A DNA stretch of 64,000 nucleotides. It comes from Bispira polyomma. Lineage: Eukaryota. How positions within the stretch are numbered: position 1 is the stretch's first letter; every line of letters starts with the position of its first letter. A model generated the notes under the pieces. The model saw nothing but the letters and a program-made list of their open reading frames with translations, did not search any database and had not been told where the DNA came from. The position numbers and the translations under genes were made by a program. The stretch lies in contig OZ287748.1 of NCBI GenBank assembly GCA_965649765.1, positions 86,490,001 through 86,554,000 of the forward strand, given 5' to 3'. Shown in pieces: positions 1-13,547 of this stretch.

Positions 1-1765
1 TGATATACATCCTATCGGGTAAATAATGTTCAAGAAGAGATAATCCTAAGTACGAGAATAATTTTGTGACCAGTGAGAAACGTCTGGTGGTGGTGGTGGG
101 GGGGGGGGGGGGGGTATAGGCCGTCTAAAGATATATGTTTTAATCTGCTCCTGGAAGAAGTAATTTTTGTATAGGATCTGACATATGGTGTTACAATTGT
201 TCCATTATACTGGAGCAACAACTTGAAAGCTACAGAGAGAGAGAGAATTTTTTTATTTTAGTGCCACCTGCACTCCAGTATATATATACATTTTTAACAT
301 GACATAACTATGACAGCCAGCCCAGCATAAGCTACAAGGTCCATTTTGTCTCCTGGGATAAACAGTCGCCACTGAAAGTATGTTTTTTTACTTTTTCTAG
401 TTGGTTAATGCCAATATTATGTTTGTTATAACATATATATAATGTGTTTTAGTGGAATTATAAATGCTAATGCAGCTGCTATATTCATATTGCATTTATC
501 AAAGACATAATCTAGATATTGAAATGCTTTAATGATTAGCCTTAGCAAGGTTAGAGATTATTTCTGTCTATCAAGCCAACGCCTGGTATATACAGTGTTT
601 TAGCCAAAAAAGGTCACTGACAACCTTTACCATGTGCCCTGTCTGCAAAAGCTTTAATATCCTTTTATTGCTCTATAAAAGTTTATGTATACTGGTAATA
701 CCAGTTGTCTTCATTGAAACCTTTGTTCGATGTATCTGAATACTTAACATATTCAAGATTTAAAAAAAACCAACTACAAGAAACTGGAGTATTTCTGGAA
801 ATGAAATGAGAACTTACTTTATTGTCTACTTCAGACTTTTAACAGCAGCTTACTGTTTTGTCTTCTTCGAGTACTAAAAAAGGCAGCAATATTTCTTTAC
901 AAATATCCATGGGCAATAATACAGTGGGTCAACCTCAATACCATGAGGATTCTTTTGAGTTTGTTTTACAACTTTTTGGCAAGTTTGGCTGTAAACAAGC
1001 GTGGGATGACCTTGTTATTGTTGTATTTGTCTACTTGAGGTTTTGAGGTATATGGAAGGTGGGCAACAATAAAATGAGTGAACAATTGGAGTCAAATGTG
1101 AAAAAGACACCTGTGGTTTCATATACAGAGAGAAGGGGGATATTAAAACCTAAATACCCCAACACTTTTAAGATTTTGCTTAAACTCACATAAAAATATT
1201 TTTTTGCAGTCTCTCTAATGACTGTTATGTGGAGTTGTAGTACTATGGACCGATATTTGGTTTAACTTTATATATACACACTATATTATCACTGCTTACA
1301 GTGTTCATATTTCAGTTTGCATAAAAGTCAAGGGGTCATATGTAATATTCAAATATAGACATTTTTCATGGAAGCAAACATAGTTAAGTTTACCTGTGTT
1401 TTGATAAGTCTGACAATTCTGTGCAGTGACCATAGCACACTGAGCTGTACTGTATGACTTTTGATACCTGTTTCCCTCTTATAAAAGTCCAAAGATTTTT
1501 TCGTTTTTTTCCCCTTTTCTTTTGGCCACACCAAAAACCATTGTGTTGTGAAGGAGCATTGCTATGAATATTGAACCACACAGTATCACAAAGTATTATT
1601 ATTACATGCTTTAAGTGGCATATACAGCTTGTTTGTGTTTAATAGAATTTTATCAAATAGACCACTCTCAATAACTAAATCTGAGACGAATATGCTTCTT
1701 CTTGAGATGCAGAAATACATGCTAATGTCACCTATATCACAGAGAACAAACAACAAGGTGATATA

Positions 1766-1977
1766 TACTGTAAAAATGGAAAATTTAACCAGAAATTAAT
1801 TTCAGCTATTTTAGGTAATAAGTTGGCGTAGTGAAACTTAATTTCTAGTGAAAACTTGGAAGTTGTTTTATTACTTTACCTAAAGTGGTCAATAGGGAAG
1901 ATTGATCTCATTTAACCTCGCAGAAATAGCAAATTAGTGAAATTTTCATCTAGCTTAAAAATACCACTTCTACAATA
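1766..1977. mobile_element. Degenerate TA-flanked Tc1/mariner-type MITE (TACTGTA... family; related copy 34668-34872)
   Basis: Starts tactgtaaaaatggaaaattt, ends ataccacttctacaata; shared tagctaaaat-type internal motifs with the second copy. Confidence 0.45.
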
Positions 1978-2610
1978 TAGACAGAGATAGAGGTGTGTGT
2001 ATATCAAGAAGAGGCGACACATAACTCATATATCACCAGGGGGGAAATTACTACCAACCCTCTTTTGAAGAAAAAGGTTTACTATCAACCACCCTCTTTT
2101 CAAAAGATTGCTTCACTACTGACTATTTTTTGTTGAGGTTAATGTCATTCAGTCATAAGAAAAAAAAAATGTCATCCCTTCATTGCCAAAATAAGTAGTG
2201 TGTACTAGTAAAGTGCAGAGTTAAAATTTAGTTTGTTAATCATGTGTCATATATGCATGTTAGGCTTCTGTGTCAGAAATGAGGTGTCAAATGTTTGGTG
2301 CAAAATGTGAAGTCTGTATTATTCCTTATGCCATGTTGAATTGTTATCGTCGGGCATAACTTCTAAGTATATCAATTTGAGGTTCAGATTTTTTTCACAG
2401 AGGGCCTGGTCATATAGGGGCATGATGTTGGTGTAATAATTTTGAGATACCATTTGTGTCAACATTAACAAAGGTACACTAAGGTACACTATACCTGATT
2501 ACAATAAGGTTTAGTGTAATCACTCTATTATAAACAGAAAGACACTATGATATAGCTGAAATAACACCTTATAAAATGCTAGACATGAAGCATTTAAAAC
2601 GTTTTGAAGG

Positions 2611-2712
2611 CAAATTAATATGTTGTATGTAGACTTTGGTAAAGCCTTTGACAGAGTGGGGCATACCTTTTTGCACATAGACTTTAGCAAAGAATTTGAC
2701 ACAGTGGGCATA
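2611..2712 (+). mobile_element. LINE (CR1/L2-like) reverse transcriptase fragment, internally duplicated
   Basis: Translates QINMLYVDFGKAFDRVGHTFLHIDFSKEFDTVGI: the DFSKAFDTV RT motif twice, 48 nt apart. Confidence 0.75.
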
Positions 2713-3619
2713 CTAATACATCATTTCGCAGACCACTGGACCACACACACCTAAGATGATATAAAGAGGCCACTTCATACAGGGGGAAACCTGATGTAAT
2801 AGAGTTATATTCTCTCTCGCGCGCTTATAGAAACTATCTCTCTTGGCAAATCAAATACTGAATTTCATCTTGAACAAACTCAGTCACAGTCTTATGTAGA
2901 TTACCTTAAAAGTACTTATCAGTTTCTCCAGTTGAGATCAGTCACCAACAACACGATACAAACATATTATGTCGGCTAACCCTTTTAACATTTTAAACTT
3001 CAAGTTCACATATTTAAGATGATATTTTTGTGGTTTGACTTTTAGCAAGAATAATAATAACAGGAACTTGGTTCATAACAAGAAGATAGTTACAATTGTT
3101 GGAAACTGTGCATTGACAAAATTCCACAGATTCATGTGGCCCATTTTTTCCCCAGAGATATGATATGGAATGAAGACTAAAGTATGTTTTAAGGGTGTAA
3201 AGTGACACAGAGCACCATATTACCAAGTGCTTTTGGAATTACTCTTTGATTACTGTTACATAAAGTTTCATCACATCAAACACAGACAATATGCCTACAG
3301 CGATAAGACAAGAAACAACAACTCACAAATTTATAGTTTCAAATCTCAAGAGACAGAAAACATATGTAAGATAAACAAAGGGTAATATTTTCCTTTTAAC
3401 AATGTAAATGATAAAACATCCACCCTGTCTAATGTAAACTGAAGGTCCATAATGTACAGAGATTTACCATTATAATTATGCTATCTCTTTTCAATACAGT
3501 CCTTACTATTACAATTGAGTGCTGTATATTTAATTTAAAGTTATGATATTGTTCTAAAAGAGATCCCAGTAATCTACAGTATAAATAAAGGGGGTCTGGG
3601 TGATGTACTGCTAACACAT

Positions 3620-3782
3620 CTGCTATCGTAGGTTCCACTCTGTGGAAAAGTTGCTAGTGGACTTGCTGAAGGCCGGTGGTTGGCAGTAGAAATCTTCGAG
3701 CAACTACCCTGTTCCATCATTGACCTTTTCCTAATTACTTGACACAAAATGTGCCTAAAGTGAGTGTAAACTCAAACTAATG
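3620..3782 (+). mobile_element. SINE family 2, partial copy
   Basis: gtggaaaagttgctagtggacttgctgaaggccggtggtt...gtaaactcaaactaa shared with copies at 19436, 36908 and 41440. Confidence 0.7.
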
Positions 3783-3889
3783 ACTATATATTTTCTGTAA
3801 GGATAGATTATGGCTTGGTATGGGTTCAGATAAACTATCCTTACTAAATGACCACACATTTAAATATATTTATGATTTGTATTTTCTAG

Positions 3890-4005
3890 CCTTGGACAAT
3901 GACAATAAAGTGGTGAAGAAGCAGATCCTTGACCTTCTGTCAGCTCTGTGTGTGTACTCCACAGATGGTTACAATGGAGTACTGGATGTACTACAACAGT
4001 ACAAG
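3890..4005 (+). CDS. INF2: Formin exon A (116 nt), DID: (A)LDNDNKVVKKQILDLLSALCVYSTDGYNGVLDVLQQYK
   Basis: Acceptor ttttctag at 3889, donor AAG|gtaaat at 4006; resembles INF2 armadillo/DID segment. Confidence 0.92.
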
Positions 4006-4201
4006 GTAAATCAAATAGGTGACACCTGAACAAAGGTAAATAAAACAGGTGACACCAGTAGCAGGTAAATAAAATAGGTGACACCGGTACGAAGGTGAAA
4101 AAACACCTGATGCTGGTAACAAGGTAAATAAAACAGTTTTCATCGATACCAAGGTAAATAAAATAGGTCACAACAATGCCGAGGTAAATAAAACTGTGAG
4201 A
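3994..4201 (+). repeat. Tandem repeat, 7 x 29-30 bp, spanning exon A donor
   Basis: Consensus CACCAGTACNAAG|GTAAATAAAATAGGTGA; first unit includes the last 12 exon nt. Confidence 0.9.
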
Positions 4202-4689
4202 CAAGTGACTGTATTTTTTAAACATCTTAAGCTCAACTCAGACTCCAGCTCAAATCTAAGCTAAACACATATTTCTGGATAGAGTAAAGATAGGTAAAGT
4301 CTGAATACATATCTTAATTCAGTACCCAAAGCTCAATTAAAATGAATATGTTATTTCCATGTACAGGGAATAATAGATAGCCTTTATTTGAGTCTTTATC
4401 AAGTAGTCAGCTCAATTTAAAGTTTATACAGATACTTACAGTTAAATAGATAAAGATATTTATACTTTATGATATCATACATATTTATAAGACAACAAAA
4501 TAAATATTTGTAGAAAGACCTAATATTTATGTTTAATCTGTGTAGGAGCATTATGTATGTTTTAAACAATCGTGACTTACAAAATCTAAAACTACTTGAG
4601 GTTGTAAACATATTCAAATGAATTGCACGTTAGTGGGCAATGAATGACTCATTGGTTGTGGGGACATGCTTATGGCTAGCATAAGGATA

Positions 4690-5000
4690 ACAATACTAGT
4701 AGACACAAGATCAATTTTCTGTGCAGGAATATGGAGAAAAGTGGTTCAATTAACAAGATTGGAAAGATCAGGTAGGCAACATTAGGTTTATAAGGATAAC
4801 AAACTGAAAGTTCATGCAGATGTTTTGTTCATAGAATTGTTGACACGATCTCAAATTACATGGTGACATTCAAATCACCAGTTATGATTATACAATCTAA
4901 ACCCTTATGGGCGGAAACAAGGCATTTAGAACTTGATGAGAAATTGACTTCTAGAATGTGACAGCACTGGGTTCTTAAAAACCTACACAGAACAGTCAAA
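4690..5000 (-). mobile_element. Degraded LINE APE-endonuclease fragment
   Basis: Reverse strand gives DCIIITGDLNV (4862-4897) and downstream NLVN*TT...KIDLVST, matching the GD(F/L)N and IDL motifs of non-LTR endonucleases; stops and frameshifts present. Confidence 0.6.
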
Positions 5001-8000
5001 TATTGATAGTTGTTAAATGTTGAATGAAACCAATCAGATATCTAAATCAGTATAGTCTACATGCCCGAGGTAGTTAAGGGTGAGGGAATTAATAAAGGAG
5101 GTGGGGAATAGTGCATGAATAATTTTTGATATAAGGCTTAGTCTTTGAGGAGCCTTTTGGTAAAGTCAGTTTACTTGTGCTACCCAATTGAGCATACACG
5201 AAAGCTGGTAGACCAGAAATGGCTATTTAGATGTTCAAACTCTTGGTAAAAGCAATTCCTAATGTTCATTAAACATGTGGGCTTGAATTGCCTGAAGGTG
5301 AGGTAAATGAAAGGGTCCTTTACTCAGCGGGGAGCTTTAAAATGTATTGACAACTTAGAAAATATTGGTCAATGTTGCCCAGTGAAATCTGTTGGTCTGT
5401 CCGTTTTTGTGGGAATTTATTCTACTATAACTTTGAGGATTTTAAGTATTACTTGATATACTGAGACAGATGTTGTGAGGGTGCTGATGAGAGTTCTATA
5501 AAAGAAAAGAAGATAAAATCACTTCAAGGTGACCATAAGGTTATTATAAATGGGGGAGGAGAGTTATACCGGAAAGAGCTACCTCCTAAAAAGGGATGGC
5601 TTTATTTTCGTGTGATTAATGTTAAGGTGTTGATCTTCCTAGATTTCATTTACCATTTGTAAACATAAACAGTCTATAACAAATATAAATAATACACAGC
5701 ACAAATATTAACAACAAAGAGAAAGAGAAGAATTAAGTGTAGATATTAAATTGGTGTCTTGTCTTGGAGTATGGCCAAGCATACTCAGGGGGTGATTTGA
5801 GTACAACATTCTGGTACACATCAAACTCTATTTCTTATTGCACACAATTTGGCACGATGAATATTGACAATGTGTTGAAAACACAGAGCAAGCACTGCAT
5901 ATAAATTAGTTGTATTTCAATAATTGTCCCACTTCTGCTGAAAATAAATCCACCTAAATGTGCATATTAAATCTCACGTACAATGGCCACTTTCCTTTTG
6001 GCTAGTGGATGTTTTTGTGGACATTTATGTATCTATATATTATATAAGACATTTCACCTAATTAATTCTATGTGTGGTCAGATGAAAAGATATTTCTTAT
6101 TACATTAAATACAATATAGATCAATTTACACTGCAGAGTTTCCTATTCTATACAAAGGACCTTATACCCATGCTTTTTATCTTATATCTTCTATTTTCTT
6201 TAACATAGAATTTCTACCTTATTTCAACCTTATACATTGTCATGATGGACAGGTAGAAGTCACATACTTTGACACAAACTAGAAAATTCTGTTTTACTAG
6301 GCATTAACTTTTTTGTCGTTTTTTTTTCTAAAAATAACGAGCTTCAATTGTGTAAATTATTTCCCTGTTAAAATTTAAATTTGTATAAATACTTTCACTA
6401 AAAATTGGCTAATAGTTCATATATAATCCAATTAAAATGTTAATTGTTATATAAGGGAATCTCGCTCTAGCTAAATTTCCACTTAAAATTACAATACATA
6501 AGAGTAGCATATATCAATAATAAAATATGGAGAAATATGTAGCTTCTATTATTCTGCCTGTTACCTGCTTTGATTGCATCAGTATGTTGGTTTCTTTTTA
6601 TGCAGGTAAAATACCTTCATGACCTGTCATGTCAATGTTTATTTATTATCTGAAGTAGTGTTTCCAAAAAGACCAACTCAACCCATTTATTTTCAGATAA
6701 TTTTTTCAAAATCCTTTTTGATCTTTAAAAGTTATAAAACAGAATCAAATGCTTCAACAGGGTCTAATTGTGAAGACATTAAAACCACTTAACCTAATGC
6801 ACCTTGGAGATTCACAAGGCTAATCTGTGGGCCATCCCATGGCAGTTTAAACCCTCTGTTTTCTCATGTGAATCCTTCAACTAGAAAGTGTTTGATAAGC
6901 TATAATTACCCCAAGATCTTCAACATGTCCTTAAGTTTAAACTGTGATATAATTATTGGGCATTGCTTTAAAGAAATGACCAACAAGGCGATGTCATCTG
7001 CAAAATCCCAATCCTATAATTATGGTGGTGTGTTTTTATTTGAATTGAATTTGAGCAATTTGTGTACAAACAAACTTGGACAAGTTAGTCGTTATTATAA
7101 AACTTTATCAGTTTATAGCTATATATTGTATAATATAGTTGCATTCCATAATATCAGTGGAAGACATATACTTACCATTTTTAAAACTGTACAGGGAGTT
7201 AGGAAAATAATTTTGCTTGATTATAAAATGTGGCAAAATACACTCTCTCCAACAAAATATGTTTTACATTCACATCGAAGTCTAAATATCATTTAAAACC
7301 AATTCATTTCCCTCTTCTTCTCTACTGAATGCAAGAGGGGGACAGTGAATGCATAGAAAGTGAAATGTTATTCATAATTCTTGAGGCATATAACTGACAA
7401 TTGTTACTTTTTGATAGACAATTTTATAAAGACTATAGTTATGTCATTCCTGACAGCGGGTGTTTTCAAAGTCTAACAGTATGGGTGCTCTACTTAGCAG
7501 TTTGGAGTAAAACTAATGAAACTGATAGTTGGAGGGGACAGGGAGGGGAGTGTCTCAGGCTGATTGTAGAAAAAAACCCAAAATGCCAAGCTTTATAATT
7601 GACTATAAAATTAGGTTACTTATAGGTAATAGTTGATGTAAGCTTCTTGTTATACTCAATATTCAAGTGTTAATTGATGTATTCAAACACTGCATAAACG
7701 GGTCAACAATCGTTTATGGTCTAATACAATAGAACACACATAGACATGTTTGGAGATTTAAATGCAATCTCCTATTGTATCTATATTCGCAGCATTTAAA
7801 TAGCAATATTCAGTATTTCAACATATACTTAATTTATCTATACCCTTGAATAAAACTTTTTTGGGGGTAAGGGGCAAGCGTACCACAACTTTTTTTACCA
7901 TCAGTTTGGTAGAATATACATGCATGGTACAACAATAAATTTTTGTGATGTACAAAATACATTTTAAAATTCATACTTATATGGTTGAGATTTTATCCAG

Positions 8001-8354
8001 GGCATTAATTTTGAAGGCTGGCTATTAATATAAATGTTTGGAGTCACGACCGAAGTTTGTGGTTTGATGTCCACATACAGTAATTACTACAGTAGTATCT
8101 AACACTATGGCTGTGTATTATATAGCTTTTACAAGTAAACAGTGGTGCACAGATGCACACTCAGCAGCTGGAGTTTTTATTTGGCTCCATATTCAGGTGA
8201 CAAATACTGACAATAACATGTGTAATGGTGACAAATGTGTTGACATACTGACTGAGAACATCATAGTGTAAACAGAGATAGTGGCATATATTGGTATTCA
8301 ACTAGGGACAGAGTACAACCCAGCACTTGTGTTTTAAATGGTTACTATGTGAGT

Positions 8355-8640
8355 AGTCTCGGTGGCCTAGTGGTCAGAGTGTTCGATCAGAAGGTCCAAG
8401 GTTAGATCCTTGCTGCAGACCTGGAGATTGTGCCCTTGGACAAGGTACAAAGTTGTCCCTTTTCACCTATGTGTATAAATAGGTGTTAGTCTTTGGTAAA
8501 GCATGGCCAGTATGCTTCGTGAGGGAGCTGAAGTGAACAATTGGTTGAAAAGGTAAAGAACCCAAGCATAAATGTAAACTGTAAAGTTGGATGAGACCTC
8601 CACTATGGGTGATATCAGATGATAAACCTACACATACTGA
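8355..8640 (+). mobile_element. tRNA-derived CORE-like SINE (family 1)
   Basis: A-box tggcctagtgg, degenerate B-box ggttagatcc, core tgtgcccttggacaaggtac...tgtgtataaat; homologous to 16087 and 38955 copies. Confidence 0.8.
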
Positions 8641-8959
8641 CATTTATAGTCGAGTTTTTAATTAAACATCACAACTGTGAGTAGAAATTTCTACAAATGT
8701 CCATTGTTCATTATTACAAGTTAAAGGTGCTGCTCTACCGCAATAACCAATGGTGTCTGTTTTGATATAAAACACCAAACTCTCTCTTTTAACTCTGACA
8801 GAGATGACATATCTATACATATTTAACTCTAAGAAGAACACAGTTGTCCTTCACTGACACTAGAAGATTTCTAGTTTGAGACTCTAGTTCAAAAAGATAC
8901 ATAAAGATTGATGGTCAGCTGTACTTGAACAGTCAAGAACAGATTACCAAATAAACGAT

Positions 8960-9290
8960 CATAAGTATAAATATGAAGACCACACAGCAATACAATATAC
9001 TTGATATAGTTCTTCGTGGCCCTTGCTGGTGTTGTGGGTTAGTATTTTGACCCTGGGAAAGTTACCAGTAGACTTGCTAAAGGCTGGGTATTTGCAAAGC
9101 AGAAAATTTAAAACCAACTGCCCTGAACTGATTTCCTCCAGTAAACTGTCCGCCAGGATGTGACATAATCTAATCAAATCAATTCCATAATGGCGCTTAC
9201 TCTCCGTACTAGAAGATTCTAAGGAGCAACAATCACAATCATTGTTCAGTAGTCGTGATGTGGTAGATGGAAGAGAGGGTATGACATAAG
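8960..9290 (-). mobile_element. Possible degraded LINE RT remnants
   Basis: Minus-strand translation contains STTSRLL, HYGI and YCIAVWS, in the order expected for CR1/L2-group RT motifs but heavily deleted. Confidence 0.4.
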
Positions 9291-12200
9291 ACATGCTAAA
9301 AGTGACACTTAAATTCAAAATTAAAACTAAACTAAACTGAACACTAAAACTCTGTCAATGTCAAACCTCCATGACTGTTTTGTGTAAGTGGATTATTTGA
9401 ACATTAAGGGAGTCCCTGCTATAAACACACCAGTGAGAGCAGATGACATTTGGAGACATGGAGTTAAAACAATGGCTGTCTGTATATGTCACACATACCA
9501 GAGCCTTGTTTTTGGAGTTTGATGTTGTGATGTTTCACCTGAGGCAGACAATGTACTGCCGCCAAGAGATGGCTCTTTTTGAAGTGATCACGTGATTATG
9601 ATATGACGTCATTGACCTCGTCAAAATCATACTTGGCCATCAGAAACAGACAAAATGACATGCCAGCATTTTTTACCATTACCAAGACCAGTGGCTCGTG
9701 TCTGTACAGTTAAAGTGTCAGCATATCTGAAAAGTCCAATGGAATATTTAAATGACAAATAGAATCTAAGACAAAAACAAATTTAAATGTTGGTGCATGT
9801 GTACAGAGCTTATTTTATACTAAGGGTGTAATAATAAATTGATGTATCAAGTTGTTTTACAAAAACAATATATTGCAATACCAAATTGGAAAAGCAATAC
9901 TTATTGGCATATGATTTTCAAAGTAGATAGTAAAATCTCTGAATATCGCCCACCTTTTTATATTCTAGAAGTTCAGTCTGAAAGAGTAGAAGATATTTGT
10001 CAGGGGTGAAATAAAGCAAAAAGCAATAGATGCAATCTATAATAACTAAATTAATGTATGTAGTACTGTGTACCTTCTTCCAAGATCACTGCTTCACTTT
10101 ATTTTACAGCTAGACAGATGGCATATAACCTAAAATATGTTAATTCAAACATATTTTACCATACGAAAACTTGGACACACAAAACCTAAAATCCCAGTTA
10201 ATACCAGTCAGTCAGTCTTGTTTTTTTTAAGATTGCTTGTGAGTGTATTGTTAAAATATATTACTACAAGACATATCATGGTTAATTTAATTGCCAAAGA
10301 GTTATCTATAATGAAAATAAGCCAGCTTACTCATATCCCCACACCTCTTATTTTTCATCATTTATTGGAAAACTAATATAAATATATTACTCATATTTAA
10401 CATTCAATGAATATATTTTTCTATACATGGTGTGTAGCTTTGTTTGTAAGCAAGAGATACACTATACAATCATTTTACAGGTGATCCAGAAAATTACTTC
10501 CTACTTCAATTTATGACTTATAAGCCTTTCCTTGGGCCTAGACAATAGAGTCACTGCCTTAGAAACTCTAACAAAAGCACCTGAGAAGAAATCAGTTGTA
10601 TTTTTTGTAATACAAATGGCTTGTGTTTGGACAGAAATACAAGCTGCACCACCCACGTTAAGTCCATTGTCTGGATAAAGCACTTTTTCTCAGTAAACCA
10701 CAATTATTAAAATTAAGACATCTCCGTGCTATTTTGTACGAATAGTGCACCGAACTACCCATTACTTTCTGCCAAGTTAACTCTTGATCTTTACCTAAGT
10801 TAAATTGGACATAAGGCCTGTTGTTACAGACTTCTTACTATAAAGAAAAGCCCTGCAAGTATCACAGTCTAGTTGTATAGGAATTGCAGCTGAAGTGGAA
10901 AATATGATTGTTCAGCGACATATAAAAAGCATTTGACAACACGCGAAAGTTTAGTGTGGCCTCAACTATTGTTAAAATCTTTGTGTTATTAAATATGATG
11001 ACCATATTATCATAATACATGTATATGTATGCAGAAAGAATGAAAGTATGAGTATCATTAATATTTTTTGGGACAAACCCAAGAAAGCTTCAATTTGCTA
11101 AAATCTGTGTATTTGTTTATTAAACTGTTAACTGTTGGTAATATTAAAGCAGTATATGATTTATTTATGACAAGACTTTTATCTTTTCATACCACTTTAT
11201 TAAACATTATAATTGTCTGTGGGGACTTAAAATAAAAACAACTCTGAATTAGTTTACTAGTTATTTAACCAGTAGATAAAAATCTGTTACTAGAAATGAT
11301 TTTGGAACTGGTGCTTATTATGTCAGTAAAATAAAAACGAAAATGTAATACATGTAGATATATCAACGTTATTTAAATATAGACATCGGTATATAATCAT
11401 ACAGACGTTCTAGTTATGACGTTATTTGAAATGATTACGACTGTGTGATTTTGACACCACACATATGAACCACGTTGATTCATAAGGTCTGGCCTAAAAC
11501 ATTTATATACGTAGAAAAAAAGTTATTAGATTTGTGGCTAACTTTATACAAACACCAGTTTGAAAAGGTTAATGTCAGATTAAACAGCATATTATCAATT
11601 GTTTACCTACAGCTGTGCTCTGGCTTATTTAACTGATGAGTCTCTTTTGATATCATCTATTTATAATGTACACAGTAGGCAAACCGTATCAAAGGCCTTG
11701 TGCAAATTAAGTGAGAAAATTGCCTTGGGCTGGATGGGAAGCCGTTGAAACATGTATATCCAAAAGTGATCCATGATACTATACTATCCAAACCACAAAC
11801 CTAAATACTCCCTCTAAATCAATATTTAATTTAGTGCAAGCACTACCAACACACCAACTGATTAGACGTCACCTCTGGTTTATTGCTAACAGAGTAAGTA
11901 ATCTGATATCTCTTAGCCTAATCCCTTAAACTTTAACCAACAAAATCTTGTTTTATTTGCATTATTTTGATGTTACCATGGCCTAGTTACACAAAAACAA
12001 CAATTCCTGAAAAAGTCCCATAAAAATTTCCATATAAAATACAGACAACTTTAGATGTAATATATAGTTACTTTTATTACCTATTGGTTAAACGGATATG
12101 TATGAGAGATCTAAGATTAATATAGAGGTAGGTAGTTTCAAGTTTGTATTTTATAGTTTAACTTGAAAGTGTTAACAAATTTGGTTTTTATTATTAAGTT

Positions 12201-13387
12201 AATAAATGTTGTTCATTTATGTAAATGGAAAAAGTGGATTTGTTTCGATAATTTAATTAAATTAATTTAGAAATACGTAAAATAGAGCAAGACTGCTATG
12301 TCCATGGATTTTATCCAGTAAACATATGTCTTCTACCAAAACATAGCCACAGTAAATGATCACTTTAAATACAAAGACTGACACATAGGCAATATTTGCA
12401 AAGGAAGAAATATGCAACACTTAACATGGAATTTGGTGTGCAATTCTTTAGCAATTGGCGTGAAATGTGCCGTGATGTGAAGGATTCCTTACAGTCTAAT
12501 GCAACAACAATAACATATCCTTAACCTGACGTGTCTTTAATGCTATTATATTTCAGGGGCCAGCATTAACAGTTTTTACACATGCAGATTATGTGTTACA
12601 TATTTTTGCATTCTTTACATAAATACCCAGTGTTTATATATGGCAATATAATGAGGCAACAGTAAAGCATGCCTTTCACTTGGATAAACAGTGTGGTAAT
12701 TAAATTGACCCCCCAAACTAATGGTATTTACTAAGAATCATCAATTTAAGTTAACCTTTCAAGACAGGTATTCCACACAGTTCTTTTTTTCTGTTATGGT
12801 GGCATTTATTGTTTGTAACTCTTAGAATGCAAAAAAAAAATCCTCTCTTTTGGGATTTTGTGTCACCAAAACTTAGCATATTTAAGTTGACTGGTTGAAG
12901 AATCTGATAATCTGAGAAATATCTGGGTTTAGGTCAAAACTTTGCTGTTTAAATGAAATAACATTGTAACAATCGAAACCAGATGAATCTTATTGTATTA
13001 TTTTGTCCTGTTATAAAATGTTCAAATAAACCATATGTTGTTCATTGAGGTAGTGGAAGAACTTTTCCTAATTTTTATACTTTGTCTTTATGTTCAACAA
13101 TGACCGAAATCTACACTCCTGAACAACTTCAGTATTCCTTTCATTCTCCTGGTAACACCATAATGGTCATTGGGAGATGACATCCTGAAGATGCTAACAT
13201 GCCATTGCCTACAGATGATGACCAGTTAGCTATGTATTTTGATGATTATTAATGGTTTTAGCGATTTTGATATTACGCTTTAGAAGATAGCTGGCATCAA
13301 CAAAGTGTGTTAAAAAAGGAATACATTACAAATATATATTTATATCTACACATTCATTTACATAGAACTATATATTGTATATCGTAG

Positions 13388-13547
13388 GAGTCAAAGAAAT
13401 GCCGCTACCGCTTTAGTCCTCTGGTGGAAGAACTTCGAGATGCTGAGACCGTAGACTATAGGACCACCTTGTTGTCCCTCATCAACTGTATCATCATAAC
13501 TACAGAGATCCTAGAGGAGCGTATACGTATACGCAATGAGTTCATAG
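13388..13547 (+). CDS. INF2: Formin exon B (160 nt), DID: ESKKCRYRFSPLVEELRDAETVDYRTTLLSLINCIIITTEILEERIRIRNEFI(G)
   Basis: Not in ORF track. Acceptor atcgtag at 13387, donor G|gtatgt at 13548; phase 0 in, phase 1 out; YRF...L..IN...R..IRNEF formin FH3/DID motif. Confidence 0.93.

Noticed and set aside
3994-4201. ~30-bp periodic repeat resembling a CRISPR array
   Set aside because: Head-to-tail degenerate units with no unique spacers, no cas genes, eukaryotic intron context.
6868-7296. 142-aa plus-strand ORF
   Set aside because: Intron-like AT-rich composition, non-ATG start, no recognisable motif, not needed for the formin frame.
13150-13235. Possible YADD-like RT remnant just upstream of exon B
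   Set aside because: Requires several frameshifts; too degenerate to support.
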